Source: Trichodelitschia bisporula (taxonomy: Eukaryota). Taken from it: a DNA stretch of 64,000 nucleotides. The DNA lies in contig ML996692.1 of assembly GCA_010356995.1 (NCBI GenBank), forward strand, positions 1,065,933-1,129,932. Reading direction: 5' to 3'. The notes beneath the pieces were generated by a model. That model was not told where the DNA came from. It worked only from the letters and a program-made list of their open reading frames with translations, and searched no databases. Positions 40,974 through 54,049 of the stretch are shown here, in pieces (position 1 is the first letter of the stretch; each line of letters opens with the position of its first letter). A program made the translations under genes and the position numbers.

Positions 40974-42306
40974 ATGCCTCTCCCTATTGCCAAAGGTGAG
41001 TCTACTGCGTTGTAGCTCCATCGCTGCATTAGTTATTTCCATCTCCGTCACTCTGACTCTCGTAGGCGTCATAATCGTCACCTCCATTGTACTCGCCGCC
41101 GGCCTGGCCATCTACCATGAAGATGAGCGTTTCCGCGAATGGATAGATTCCTCTCGCCGTAAAATCGCTATGACCTTGCACAGCCTAGGCGACGGCATCA
41201 ACCCACGACAGCACCGTGACTCAGACGATGAGTCGGACAGCCCGGAGGCCGAAGCCACACGGCGCCGGCGGCGTCAGGAAATCATCCGCATGAACCGTCT
41301 CGAGCTTATCCGACAAGCACAGTCAGAAGGCATCGCGGTCGACCTCGACGAGCTTGAGTCCATGGGCACCTCGGCGCAGGGCTCGGGGTTTGACTCCATT
41401 GTCATGACGGACGGTACGCTGCGTGACACGGCGAATACTACAGCAACGGATTTGGCAGACGGGAAGGTGCGGCGGCGTGGCACTGCAGGCTCTCGAGGCT
41501 TTGAACGGGGTACGCTGTACGCGAACCCGTTCGACGACGAGGCGCAGGTATTATTCGATCAGCAGCTCATTGGCACTGACGAGGACGAGACGGCGACGCT
41601 GCGCGAGTCCCGCGGGAGCACCAAGACTAGTCAGAAGCCCGCGGATGAGCCACTTATTGACTACTCGGCCGATGGCCCGCAATACAAGACTGAAGAAGAA
41701 TTTCAGGCGGAGATCGAAGAGGCGCTGCGCCGCAGCGTGACCGATTACCAGGCCACGGAGGAACCGACGCTTGCACTGCCGGCCCCATCAACCCAGCAAC
41801 CGCACTTCCCGCCCGAGGATCAAGCCCACTTTCGCCGTTCATCCGCCCCGTCTCCCGAGCTTCGTCTTGTACCTCCTATGGCTGAGATGGCCGAAAATGC
41901 GCTGAGTGCTTCACCCTTCATCCCAAGTCTCGCCCCTGCCACCGAAGCCTCATTTCACTCGGCCGTCGACGAGCAATCCGACTCACGCTCCGCCACCGCG
42001 GTCAACGACTCGAACACTGCGGACGACGACTTCTGCACGCACTCCGGGGCTGCGACGCCAACGGGCACGATGACACCGACGGAAGATGGACTCAGCCGCG
42101 CGGCGTCGGTAGCTAGCTTCGGTGGTGAGGATATGCTATCTGAGTTTGCGAGCGTGGCAGGCGAGGCGGATTCACGCAGCGAGACGGGCTTCAGCGAAGC
42201 GTATAGTGTTATTGGTGGTGTGGATACACCCGGCAGCTGGACAGATGTGGAGAGCGAGGCAGGGGATGAGGAGGGCCATGCGCCGGTTCAGGGCACTGGT
42301 AGGTAA
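40974..42306 (+). CDS. Hypothetical protein with N-terminal membrane anchor and acidic disordered body
   Basis: ATG 40974, intron ~40996-41065 (GTGAGT...CTGAC...TAG) gives MPLPIAKGVIIVTSIVLAAGLAIY; long open frame. Confidence 0.8.
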
Positions 42307-42922
42307 GGAGTTAAAATGTAGTATGGAATGGGTGGCGTCGGGTGGTATGGATAGGCGGGAATATTCAGGCTCAGAGTGATATAGGTTGGAGTTTTGTTCA
42401 ATGCACTGTATCTGCAGGGCTGTGATCCGCTGCTTGTTATTTGAGACGGTGTCATGTGATCACGGACAACCTCCGCCTCGTTGGTGAAAGTGCAACCCGA
42501 AGAAAGCTGTGACGCCCCCAAAAGTTCTCGCCACCTTTCGACAACATCTGTGCTGATTATAAGGCAGAGACTATCGGGGAGGGGTACCGTGACGGGGTCG
42601 GATGGCCCTTTGACGCGTCGTCGCGAGGACGCGCACAACATACGTACCCAACGTATGATTCTAAAAACCGGGCCAGGATAAAGCTACTCGGCCTCGAAGC
42701 GATTGAAGACGAACAATCGAACCTGTTCCCGAAAGTACACCTGCCACCACAACGCAAACAACTTGAACCTTTTGACACACAGTCTGATCCACGCTTGCCG
42801 ATTCTTAGGATCCACCTTCCTCTTCCCGCGACCGCTGCACGGCATCACACTTTCCTCTCCCCGTGGCCGCTGCACAACATTTTGTCTGCAGCCTCCCATA
42901 CAACATGCCTCTCATTGCAGCC

Positions 42923-44359
42923 ATGGTCCCCAAACACACAACCCTCGCCTCATGGGCCCTTTCGCGGGGGATCGTGACGCACGGCGTGAAGCTTGCACCA
43001 ATACCCGGCAAAGGCATCGGGCTGATTGCATCGACCAAACTTTCTGTAAACCCTCCCTCCCTCCTGATATTCTTAAGCTAAGAATCTTAGAAAGGCGACG
43101 TCCTGCTCACTCTCCCTACCCCAGCAATCATAACTGAAGAAACGCCGCTCGTGCGGGATGTGCCTCAGCTCAAGGACGTGGTAGGTACGGTACACGGCCG
43201 CCTCGCGGCAGCCCTGCTCCTCAACTCCCGCACCCCTAACGGAGACGACGATGGGAACGGGGAAGCCGACCTCGGTCCCTGGCGCGAGGTCTGGCCGTCC
43301 CGGTCTGACTTCGCCAGCATGCCGCTCCTCTGGCTCGTGGAGGCGCAGCAGCGTCTTCTGCCAGAGTGCCGCGAGCTCCTTGCGAAGCAGCGCGCGAAGT
43401 TGGATACGGATTGGGCGGTGTATGGTCCGGCTCTGACGGAAGAGGGTGTGGAGCGGGAGGAATTTGAGTACTACTGGCTCGTAGTGAATACGCGGGTGTT
43501 TTTCTGGCCGCACGCGGTGCGATGGAAAGCGGGAGGAGCGGGGGGGGGGAAGAGGAGGAAGATTAAGAGTGTGAATCAGGATGAGTGCCTTGCGCTGTGT
43601 CCCGTGGCGGATTACTTGAATCATGCGGGCTCGGGGGTGAGTTGCTTCTGGGTCTGCACGGGTAAGGCTGACGGTTAGGGAGTGTGCGTTTGAGTCGAAT
43701 CCGCGCGAGTGTCGGATTGTGTGTGATCGCACATACGGTTTGTTTTCCTAGTCATGTTGGCGGGGTAGTGCTAACGGCGAGAAGAAGAGGGCGAGGAGGT
43801 CGTTGTATCCTACGGGCCGCATACGAATGCCTTCCTGCTTGTGGAGTACGGCTTCACGCTCAAGCACAACCCGCACGACACACTCTGCCTTGATAGTGTG
43901 ATATTACCGGGGCTGTCCGAGGAGCAAGAGGAGTGGCTCGAAGCGCATAATTACCTCGGGGGATACGTCCTCTCTTCCTCTGGTTTCTGTTTCCGCACTC
44001 AGGTTGCGCTGAGGGCAGATACGGTCGCGTGGGCAAACAGAAAGAACCCATGGAGGGAGCTTACCATTCCTGAGCAGGTTGTGCAGCTGGAAGCTTTCAT
44101 TGCCGGGGAGGATCCGGATAAGGATTTTTGGGGGAGTGATTTGATCGGTTGCGAGCACGATGTGAAAACCATGACGCTGGATGAGAAGGTGAAGGAGCTC
44201 AAGGAGCTCTGGGATGAAGACACGGAGAGAGGGGGGGAGGGAGCGGAGGTACAGGCGAGGGAAGGATTGTGGAGGGGAGCGATGCGGTTGATCGACATGG
44301 CAGATGACATTACGAGAACAGAATACGCCGTGTACCGGTTAAAGGAGGAAACACAATAG
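42923..44359 (+). CDS. SET-domain protein lysine methyltransferase (Rkm2-like), 3 introns
   Basis: IPGKGIGLIA, WLVVNTR, LCPVADYLNH, GEEVVVSYGPHTNAFLLVEYGF motifs. Confidence 0.88.
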
Positions 44360-44527
44360 CTCAAAGACAACCAGCTTCATTCTTCAAGGCGAGGCCGTAT
44401 CGCTTGCCGTTTTTCTCTCTGGAGCCTTCGGCCTCCTCTGTGAGCAAACAGCAATTCGACCGTGCAAAGGGAAGTGTCTTCCAAACGCAGTAACTCCCAA
44501 AGGGGCAAAAAGGACGTTCGGGTGTGA

Positions 44528-44621
44528 TGGTCAATACGGGGGTCGAACCCGCGACCTTGGCGTCTCCCTCGCTTGAGGCGAGATATTAGCACCACGCTCT
44601 AACCAACTGAGCTAATCGACC
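44528..44621 (-). tRNA. tRNA-Ile (anticodon AAU) with 20-nt intron
   Basis: GGTCGAT acceptor stem, TAGCTCAGTTGG A-box, CTAATA anticodon loop, GGTTCGACC B-box; T5 terminator about 16 nt downstream. Confidence 0.95.
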
Positions 44622-45889
44622 AGTTGAACTGAAGTCATGTGATATGGTGAGTTTCTTTCCTTCTCGAAATATGACGTGGCTACTATCATCCGTTGTTGCC
44701 TGCGTTGAGGTGAGAGGGCAGGGGCTGCGGACGGGAAGTGGGAAGTCATGACTGCGAGGCCGACTCATGCCTCGAATAACGCGGCGGTGGCCCTTGCAGA
44801 TGAAGGCATTCGCACCTGCCTGCTTCATGACAAGCGGTAAGAGTCGAGGAGTCCGCAAGCAGGCACCAGCCGTGCACCGACACCGCGGAAGCCGGACAAA
44901 CCTCCGCCGAATCAGCTGACAGCCAAAGCACAGGCCTCGCGCCACCGAGTATAAATCGGGCTCTTTTCCCCCTCTCCTCCTCTTCTTCTTTTCTTCATAC
45001 TTACCTTGTTGGGGCTATCCGCGCTCAAGAATGCGGAAGCCTGCCAGGACCTCCTGCATTGCACAGCGTGGAGAGGTGTTGGTATGAGTCTCCTTCGGGG
45101 GCCTCACTGGCATAATTTTTGATGGTCTGCTTTCTTTTCATCGATGTGTTCGCCTTGCGCGGGCTGTTGAGGAAGAGCTTCCGGGTGGTTGTTACAGCTT
45201 CCGAATAGCGCGATGCCTTTCGCTACTCTGCGCCGTTTCCTACGAAGTCTAGCTTTATCCTGTTTGTGGCCCAGAGTCTATTGTCCCACCTGATTCTTGA
45301 CGAGTGATGCTCGTGTGGCGCTCAAGAAGCGAAGTCTCGGAAGTGATATCCACATCTTCAAACTCTCCTATGTCCATGTGCCTTCGATACATCTGCTATC
45401 GTTGTCTCCGATACAGCTGCTACCGTGACCGCTGCTCGCCCTATAGCTCCCACAAGTCATCCAAACGCCTCTTCTAACCTTCATCAGTTCCCAGGCACGC
45501 CAGGATCCCGCGATATGACGTCCAGCGGATAAACATTGGCACGCTGCCGTCACCTACAACTGGACCTAAACCGAAAGCGGCAATTTGAGAGGCAAAACAA
45601 TGTTCACTCCAACGGCGGTCCCATGCCGCGAAAACTTCGTCTTCTACCGGTTCACGGCGGAATTGCCTTTGTCGGCCCAATTAAGGGCGTCGCCGTCGCT
45701 CCTTCTGCCCTGTGTGCATATCGATGTTCCTCCGCCAGCCGTGCGTACGCGTTCCGCCCGCGTCAGGCTTGAATCGTAATCCGAGTGTTTGACTATTCTC
45801 TTGCCCACCGTGAGGACCCGAGTTAGAGTCAAAAGACGATACCGAAGTTTACTGATCATACGAAGTGATATTTTGGCATTTTGGACAAC

Positions 45890-48169
45890 ATGAAGCTCTC
45901 CCTCACGCGCCCCTTCCGGATCTTCCTCCGGAATCTCTCTCGCGGCCTCCGTACTGCGCGTTCCCATCTCCCCGCCTTGACCTTTATCACGCTGCACTAT
46001 CTCTACTTCATCCTGACTTGTCTCGTTGGAGCCGTCATCTTCTATCTAACTTCGACACCTCACCGACGTGTCAGTTTCACCGACAGCCTCTTTCTCACTG
46101 TGTCAGCCATGTCGTTAACCGGGCTCAACACCATCAACCTCAGCACCCTCAACTCCTTCCAGCAAGCCCTCCTCTTCGTGCTCATCATGCTCGGCTCCGC
46201 AATCTTCGTGTCCGGTTTCGTGGTTCACGTTCGTCTACGCGCTTTCGAGGCCACCTTCCAATCCGTGCTTGAGCGCCGCGCCGCCCGCGCGGGTAGGCGC
46301 TGGTACCGCTCACGCTCCAGCGTGCAATCCCCTGAGGCAGGCGCGCCCCTCGCATCGAGTAACGAGAAATGGGCCGGGGCAGGCGCACCCCCTGCGTCGA
46401 GTAACGAGAAATCGTCCGAGGCGGATCCACTCTCAAAGGTTGACCCATCAAATGTGGACTCGCCAAAGGGTGAAAAGCCCGCGCCGCTCGACAGCATTGA
46501 CGAAAGTGGATCGTCTGTCGTACCCACGGCCGCACTGCCCGAGACCGAGCGTCCCCCTACCGCTACAGCTGTGACGTTCGCTTCCGACCCGCGCAAGCAC
46601 CGGGCCGGCGATGAGGGGCTCTGGAAGTCCATGCTCTCGCTAAACGGCGTGGGTGCGTCGGGCGCGCCGATTGCGCGCCTTGCTTCACGAGGTACCTCGC
46701 TCGAACTGAGGCGCGAAATATCGACGGAGACGAATGCAGCGGCGCGGGCGCGCTCGGTGCATGTAGCGCGGAACTCAAGTTTTCACCACTTGACGGAGGA
46801 GGATCGGATGCGGTTGGGAGGGCGGGAGTATAAGGCTGTTGAAATGCTGGCGTGGCTTGTGCCGGCCTACTTCGTTTTGTGGCAGTTGCTTGGGTGTTTG
46901 GCTCTGGGCGGGTATATTGCGGTTTGGAGGCCGAACGTATGTCGGGAAAATGGGCTTGCACCGTGGTAAGTTTTCATTCTGGTTGAGGGAGTTGTGTTCT
47001 GGAGTGGTGCTGATGGGCAGGTGGGTCGGCGCTTTCAACGCTGTCTCTGCGTTCAACAACTCCGGCATGAGCTTGCTCGACGCCAACATGGTCGCCTTCA
47101 ACGATATGCCCTATATCCTGATCACTATGGGCTTGCTCATCCTCGCAGGCAACACCTGTTACCCAATTTTCTTGCGGCTAATCGTTTGGGTGGCGCGGAA
47201 GCTGACGCCCGACACCCCGCGTTGGGCAGATACGCGGAGCACGTTACAGTTTCTGCTCGACCATCCGCGCCGGTGTTACACGCACTTGTTTCCCGCTGAG
47301 TATACGTGGTGGCTCGGATTGAGCGTCCTGGTGCTCAACGGAATCGACTGCGCGGCGTTCGCGATCCTCAATGCAAGTGTCCTTGATCCTGAGCTGCTCT
47401 AACCTAATGGATCTAGATCGGCAACAGAGCCATAACGCACCTTTCCCCCGGCCTGGAGTTTCTGGATGGGCTTTTTCAAGCGCTCGCTGTGCGGCACGGG
47501 GGGTTCTATGTCGTGCCTCTGCCCAGCGTGCGGGTTTCCCTGCAGGTCCTCTACGTCATCATGATGTACGTGTCCGCCTTTCCCGTGGCCATCACGATGC
47601 GCAACTCGAACGTGTACGAAGAGCGCAGTCTGGGGATTTACGTCGACGACTGCGACTTCGCCGCCCTGGAGCCGGATATGCACCCGTTACGGGGGTGGAT
47701 GCGGCGGCGCGTGGGCCTGGGCAGTGAGCTGGCGCGCACGAAGCGCGTGTTTGTGCAGCAGCAGCTGCGGGCACAGTTGGCGCATGATATCTGGTGGTTG
47801 GTGTTTGCGGTGTTTTTGATCATGGTGGTTGAGGGCGCAAGGTTTGAGCGCGATCCGACTATCTTTTCCGTGTTTAACGTCATTTTCGAAGTCGTATCCG
47901 GTCTGTTCCCCTTCTTCGCCCGTTTCGTATCCGCTAATTGGTCAGGGTACGGTAATGTGGGCATCTCGATAGGGCTGCCTGACGAGGCGTATTCGTTCTC
48001 GGGGGCGTGGCGGACGCTGAGCAAACTCATCCTGTGTGCAGTTATGCTCCGCGGACGGCATCGGGGCCTCCCTGTTGCCATTGATAAGGCGGTCCTCTTG
48101 CCGCGGGATGGCGGCGCATTGGAGGAGGAGGATGCGCAGATTAGGGGGGGGGGCGGAGGTGAGGGGTGA
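45890..48169 (+). CDS. TRK-family potassium transporter, 3 introns
   Basis: FITLHYLYF, SAMSLTGLNT, VSAFNNSGM, LILAGNT, HPRRCYT.LFP, RHGGF, VSGYGNVG, VMLRGRHRGLP pore-loop motifs; introns ~46966-47020, 47373-47416 (GC-AG) and ~47901-47945. Confidence 0.93.
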
Positions 48170-48411
48170 TGGGGCGATTGGGAGGTGTCATTTTGGTGTT
48201 GGTGGTTGGGGAAAATGGTTTGGGCTGGTTGGATGGGCATATGGTAGACGGATACCAGGATCTTGGGAACAGTTTCTAGTGGTGATTTCGGTTCGGCACG
48301 TTCGTTCCTATTGAGAGGGCGTTCATGGAATTCCCAAGGTGTTTACTCCCCATATTTCTGAGCCGCCTGTTGCCTCTAATACTTACCGGTAAAGGAAGTA
48401 ACCAATCATCT

Positions 48412-48506
48412 GGTCGATTAGCTCAGTTGGTTAGAGCGTGGTGCTAATAGCTCGTTGCAAGCGAGTTGAGACGCCAAGGTCGCGGGTTCGACCCCCGTAT
48501 TGACCA
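48412..48506 (+). tRNA. tRNA-Ile (anticodon AAU) with 21-nt intron
   Basis: Exons identical to the 44528-44621 copy; followed by TCTTTTT Pol III terminator. Confidence 0.95.
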
Positions 48507-48897
48507 TCTTTTTGCACTTTGGGACCGGATGGCTAGGTATCCAACCTTTGATGCTAGTTGGGGACCGCTCAGGTCCCTGATGAGGCATGGAAGAGATGGC
48601 TCGTCGACGTCAGCGTATGGTCTTTTTACCCCTGAGTTTGGACTCCAGAACCGGGTGATCCCAACCACCCCCTTCCTGCATCGAAAAAAAACTCAAGCAC
48701 AGCACCGAACGTCGTCATTTTTACAATGCAGATATCTACTCAGCTCTCAGAGAAACTTGAGTCGTTGCTACCGTTCGAGAGACGGAAGGTTTCAAGCTTT
48801 CTGTCCGAATTTCAGGATACGAGCAACTGAGACCAGCAGCCACAGACTTTATGCCCCAGCACCGGTACCCGACTCAACAGACGCCCATAGCCATATC

Positions 48898-50039
48898 CTA
48901 CTCCAAGCTCTGAATCACGACTTTAATGGCCCCGCTCTTCGGATTCGCCGACGTCTCAAACGCCTCCTTAGCCTGCTCAATATCAAAGCGATGCGTAACG
49001 AGCGGCTCCAAGTCCAGGACCTTATTCGCCAGCAGACGAATCGCCGTAGGCCAGGTATTGGCATAGCGGTACTGGAAGCGCAAGTCCACCTCGCGTGTAC
49101 TGCACCGCATAAACGGGATCTTGATCTCATCGCGCCCCACCCCAATCACAAACACCAGCCCCCCAAACTGCACCGCCTGCACCGCCCCTGCTATACTCGA
49201 CTCCACCCCCGTGCACTCCATCGCCACCCGCGGCTCCTCCCCGTCCATCAACTCCTTGACCCGTCCCGCAAACTCCTCAGCACTCTGTCCGGGCTGCACT
49301 CGCAACACGCGCGCACGCGGAACCGTCTTCGCCGCAAACGCGAGCCGCTCCTCGCTAATATCCGTCATCACGATCGGCGCACACCCAGCCGCCGCCGCAC
49401 ACATCGCAGTCACAAGCCCGATGGGCCCAGCGCCGCACACGAGCACCGCATCGCCGAGGCGCAAGCCCGCGCGCTTAATCCCCGCAAGCGCAACGCTGAG
49501 CGGCTCGAGCAGCGCGCCGGCCTCGTAGCTCAGGTTCTCAGGGAGCTTGTGGCACCACTGGGCGGGATGCGTGATGTAGCGGCGCAGCAGGCCGGGGACG
49601 GGCGGGGTGGACAGGAAGGCGACGTTCGGGCAGCCGTTGTACCGGCCTGTCAGGCAGGGTTCGCAGGCGAAACATGGGATGTTGGGCTCGATGGCGACGC
49701 GGTCGCTCGGTTGCAGGCTAGTAACGGAGGGGTGTACGGCGAGCACTTCACCGGCGGATTCGTGGCCTAGGATGTGCGAATCCTCTACGATCATGGGCCC
49801 GATGCGCCCGGCGTGCCAGAAGTGGATATCTGAGCTTAGGGGATTAGTTGGGGCTAAGGGTGCGGTTGGGGACGGACGCACCCGCAAATGCCTGTGCTGC
49901 GCACTGCGATGGCGACTTCGCCTTCCTTCAGCGAGGACCCGGAGGAGAGCTCCTCGAGGGAGGGCGAGGCGGGGGCGATCCACAGCTCATGGGCTGGGTT
50001 GGTGTAGACGCCGATGTTAGGCTTGGTCGGAGTCGTCAT
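48898..50039 (-). CDS. lad1: L-arabinitol 4-dehydrogenase (Zn-dependent MDR family), 1 intron
   Basis: [67 protein letters not shown]. Confidence 0.92.
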
Positions 50040-50804
50040 TATGATTGCCCCTGGAAGAAGAAGAAGCAAAGATTGACAGGATTGAAGTTGTCTGGACTGT
50101 AGAAAGAGGAGAAGCTGGACGCGAGCTCAAGGTGAAGGTAACGCTGGACCCTTTTAGCTACCCCGCATCCGGGGTAAGCTCCATCAGCGGGGTCGCACCT
50201 GGGTCAGATGATATGCATTTTCTGTTTCAATAATGGCGAAAGTGGATAACGCAGCTACTAATGGGGAAAGTTGCCGTGGGGTTGCGTATGGCTCGGCTCG
50301 TGTTGGACCCGAACGACCGAAGGGGCCGAAGCCGGCGGGCGGAAGGAGATATCATGTGACGTGGACATGCTGGTGGTTCGGGGTCGGCCTTCGGATACGT
50401 GGCCGCAGTCACTTTCAAGGTCTCCTGTCCAGCTACTTTCCGGGCAAACTCGATGTAACAGTTCAGTCAGTGTACAACGTATAGCCGTTCACCTTCCTTG
50501 AATTGTTTCCGCCCTTGATCGTGCCAGCTGCCAAACTTCGACCCGGACCTACAACGCACATAGAACCTTGGAGTGGATGTATTGAATTTTCTACGAAACT
50601 CCCTCCCTTTGTTTCCGAAGTATCTATGTTAGTTCATTGAGATCTACTACGTATAGAACCCGTTCCCGGTCAGAAAGGCCTGCCCTTTTTCCGGGTAAGA
50701 CTCATTTCAGTGGGTCGGTATCATTCAGATCTTACTGGACCCTACATGTCATCCATATTCCATCTCCAATTCTCATCCTCTAACATCACTATCGGCCCTC
50801 ATTA

Positions 50805-51010
50805 TCCCTTATGCGGCCCAGGTACTGGCCCAGGCACTCGTCCCCTACTTTTCCGCTATCACGGACTAATTAAAGAGCTAGTATTTGTTACAGAAATAGA
50901 GAAACCGTTACAGACCTAAATTACAGATCTTTGACTGGTCCATGAGAGGGAAAAGTGGGGGACGAGTACCTGGTCGTGTACCTGGGCCAGTATCTGGGCC
51001 GTACAAGGGA
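50805..51010. mobile_element. MITE-like foldback, TCCCTT...AAGGGA termini flanked by TA (copy A)
   Basis: Imperfect arms of ~80 bp (TCCCTTATGCGGCCCAGGTACTGGCCCAGG vs reverse complement TCCCTTGTACGGCCCAGATACTGGCCCAGG); TA on both sides. Confidence 0.75.
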
Positions 51011-52281
51011 TAATCTTGATAGTGACAGAATTGACGCTATGGGAGTCCCATGGCCCGGAGTCAGCACTAGACCACTTCTTTCCAAGCACGTGTGAATGAT
51101 ATTTGCGCATCCAAAAAGTCAGCCAATTAGTTAAATGAGTATGTGCTAGAATGAATTCCAGGAGCATGGGGATGATGAGAGCCAATAAAGTACCAAGAAG
51201 CCCTTGTCAAGGGGCACTGCTTGTAAAATCCTCTAATTTGGTTAGAGAACTTTGAGGACCACGGGGCCGAAGGGCACCGCTTGCACGTTTTGCAAGTATC
51301 GTGGGACCACCAGTGATCTGCATAGCACAACTCGGTGCATTGTGATGGGAAACGTGGGGCTAAAATAGCGTACCTGCCCAAGCATATAAAAGAATTTTGG
51401 TTGCGGTTCCACTTGTTGTTTGGCGGGAGGTCGGAAAAGCTACAAGATATGCTTGCATCCTCCTAACTGCCGGGCCAGTTAGGAAACAAAAGTTAGTAAC
51501 GGTTTTTTTTGTGTAAGAAGCTCTGCTTTCCGATTAGTCTGCTAGTTATAAAGACGTCAGCGAGGACACCTGCCATATAAAGATCAAAATTGTCATTTTG
51601 AGATCGTGCTGATTGATTAACTATTCCGAAGATACCCCCGGACTCGCATGCACACCCCATCTTAGTTAATATTAATATTAATATAATTTGTGGAGTTGTC
51701 GTTGCCATCGCAATACAGAGACACCATGCGGGTGCATTGTGATGATACATTATTCATGAGATCTGACTGTCCGAGAAAAATGGTTGGAACTGTACCTGGT
51801 CCAAAGCACTCATACTAAGATTATGCGGCAAATCCAGAAACTGGATAGACCGGAAAGCCAGAAAGCTTGATAATCAACCCAAACTGATTAACCTTTATTC
51901 CAGTTAGCGTCTTCTGATTGGCAGGGAGGGCTTGATATTAGCAGGTTTTGGATGCTTATGTTTTATAAACAGTTGTCCAAGAAAGTCCGGTGATGAACAG
52001 CAAATGATGCATGAGCCGGGCACACACGCGCTAAGGGGTAGGCGTACAGTCTTCTTTTTCTTTTTCTCAAGTTCTAACTGGCTGGGATTGAGATATCTAC
52101 TTGTCGGTGGTATCTTAATTCTTTTGCGGGTGCTTGGTAGTATTTCCCACTACAAGGACGATGGGTCGCGGGACGGTTGTGCTAGTCCTGTAGGAGTGCA
52201 CAGGCTAGTAGAGTTGGGAATCCATTGACGGAAACTTAACATAAAGGGAAAGGACGAGTACAATTAACTGAGCATTTTCTA

Positions 52282-52435
52282 TCCCTTAAATGGTCCAGGT
52301 ACTCGCTATCATGGACCAATGAAAGGGCAAAAATTCGGTTCCGTAAAAGACATGTTACCTTCTGCGAGAAATCTGAGCTCTTTTATTGGTCCAGGATGGC
52401 GAGTACCTAGGCCAGTGCCTGGGCCGTATGAGGAA
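52282..52435. mobile_element. MITE-like foldback, same family (copy B)
   Basis: AGGTACTCGCTATCATGGACCAAT pairs with ATTGGTCCAGGATGGCGAGTACCT; ends TA-TCCCTT and GAGGAA-TA. Confidence 0.65.
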
Positions 52436-52621
52436 TAAGGTATCACTAGCGCTTGGGAAATTATGTGAACACTTCCAAAGGCTTCTGTAAATTAAGAGCA
52501 ATGTATAGCAAACCCCGGCAGCAATGATGCATGTGGACCACGGAATGGGTGACGACTAAACATGTGCCTTACACATTTCAACTACAGAGATATTCCAAGC
52601 ACGCATCATACATTGCCCCTA

Positions 52622-53363
52622 AGCCACCACAAAGCTTACGGCCCGCAACCGAAACCCCCCAGGAACTCCAAGAGGGCCGGAAAAGCTCAATACAACGGAG
52701 GTCACAGACCTCACCACACGACACCACGCAGCCGAAACCCAATCCCCGTCCTCAGGGTCAACACCGTCCCCCAACCCAGCAGCAAACCCCCCGAAGTGCC
52801 CTTTCCCCAACCACAAACACAGCATACTAGGACAGCATAACACTAGGAGTAGCAACAACACCAGTCTACCCACACGTGATGAAGAGCGGATTCAACACCA
52901 CTATTGCTACCAGGAACCGGATCTCCGCCAAAGGGGAGCCGCCGCGGCCCCCCCTGGCGGCCTCCGGACACCACCTGGCATTCTTAAATATCCTTCCTCT
53001 CCTTCTCTCTTTCGATCACATGACCTAGAATCACGGGATCTGCGTTGCTGTAGGCGTTCGGCGTTTTTGGGGTTTAATTGGGATATGGAGTTTTTCTCAG
53101 TTTCTCGGCGTGCAGCCAAGTTCTCGCTTGGGACACACAAGAATGGTGCAAAGAAAAGACGATAAACACATGTAAAAGGCGTGGGGCTCACATGCCCCTC
53201 TCCAAAGGACGACTTCCAGGGCTTTTCCTCAACCCTTCCAGGGAGGGTTTTTGCCGTGTAGGACCAAAGAAATTGGTCAAACCCACTCCTAAAGTGGTGA
53301 GACCCGACCATACGGCTAGCTAAAACAAGCCTGGGCTATTATTATCATTATTATTATTATTAT
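52622..53363 (+). mobile_element. 5'-truncated LINE fragment (3' UTR only) with (TAT)n tail
   Basis: Near-identical to the reverse complement of 55613-56170; ends in TATTATTATCATTATTATTATTATTAT. Confidence 0.8.
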
Positions 53364-53893
53364 GTAAGGTCCGTATTCCAATTTTTGGGCATTGGAGTAG
53401 GGCTTTTAAAATTACACGTCACACAAGTCCCGCAGGCAAAGCCATACGTGCAAGGACTTTATATTACCCTTAATATCTAGTCTTCGTTGAACGCATCCGG
53501 GGTCCGATGGCACTGTTATGGTTGCTGATGATAGGAATTTTGTTTGTTAGCTGACTCAGATTCTGAACAAATTTGAGCCTTTTTATTGGTTTATGATAAG
53601 GAGTACGTGACTCAATACCTGGGCCGTAAAAGGGATGGTATATGAAGGATGGCGTAGCTAGCAGCTTTTGTTTGTTTAGTTTCTGTACCAGCATTTGATG
53701 CAGCTCCAGATTTGCGATATACACGATGTTTGCGTTACTTACGTCTAGAGGACATGTGCCCTGCGATTCAGTTTGAAGTATCGCCATATAGCTTTGGGTC
53801 AGTGGAATATTAATATCATCCTCCTTTTGCACACCTTTGTATAAACTTCCTCGTGCGAGCAAATAGGCACGGATTCCATAATAGCCTGAGATA

Positions 53894-54049
53894 TCCCTTG
53901 TACTGCTGGGGCCCTCGCTATGGTACTTGTAACTGGCGAATTAATCGGAGAACAATTTCCCTTGCGGAGCGGTTGTGTTAACAATATTTGCTCTCTGATT
54001 GGTCTTCCAGTTATAAATACCCTGGCGAGGACGCCTGCAGGATAAGGGA
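53894..54049. mobile_element. MITE-like foldback, related subfamily
   Basis: TCCCTT...CCTCGCTATGGTACTTGTAACTGG arm pairs imperfectly with CCAGTTATAAATACCCTGGCGAGG...AAGGGA. Confidence 0.6.

Noticed and set aside
46337..46411. Internal duplication GAPxASSNEK in TRK
   Set aside because: Small in-frame tandem duplication in a variable cytosolic loop.
48466..49770. 434-aa plus-strand ORF
   Set aside because: Antisense shadow of the GC-rich lad1 gene, starting inside a tRNA.
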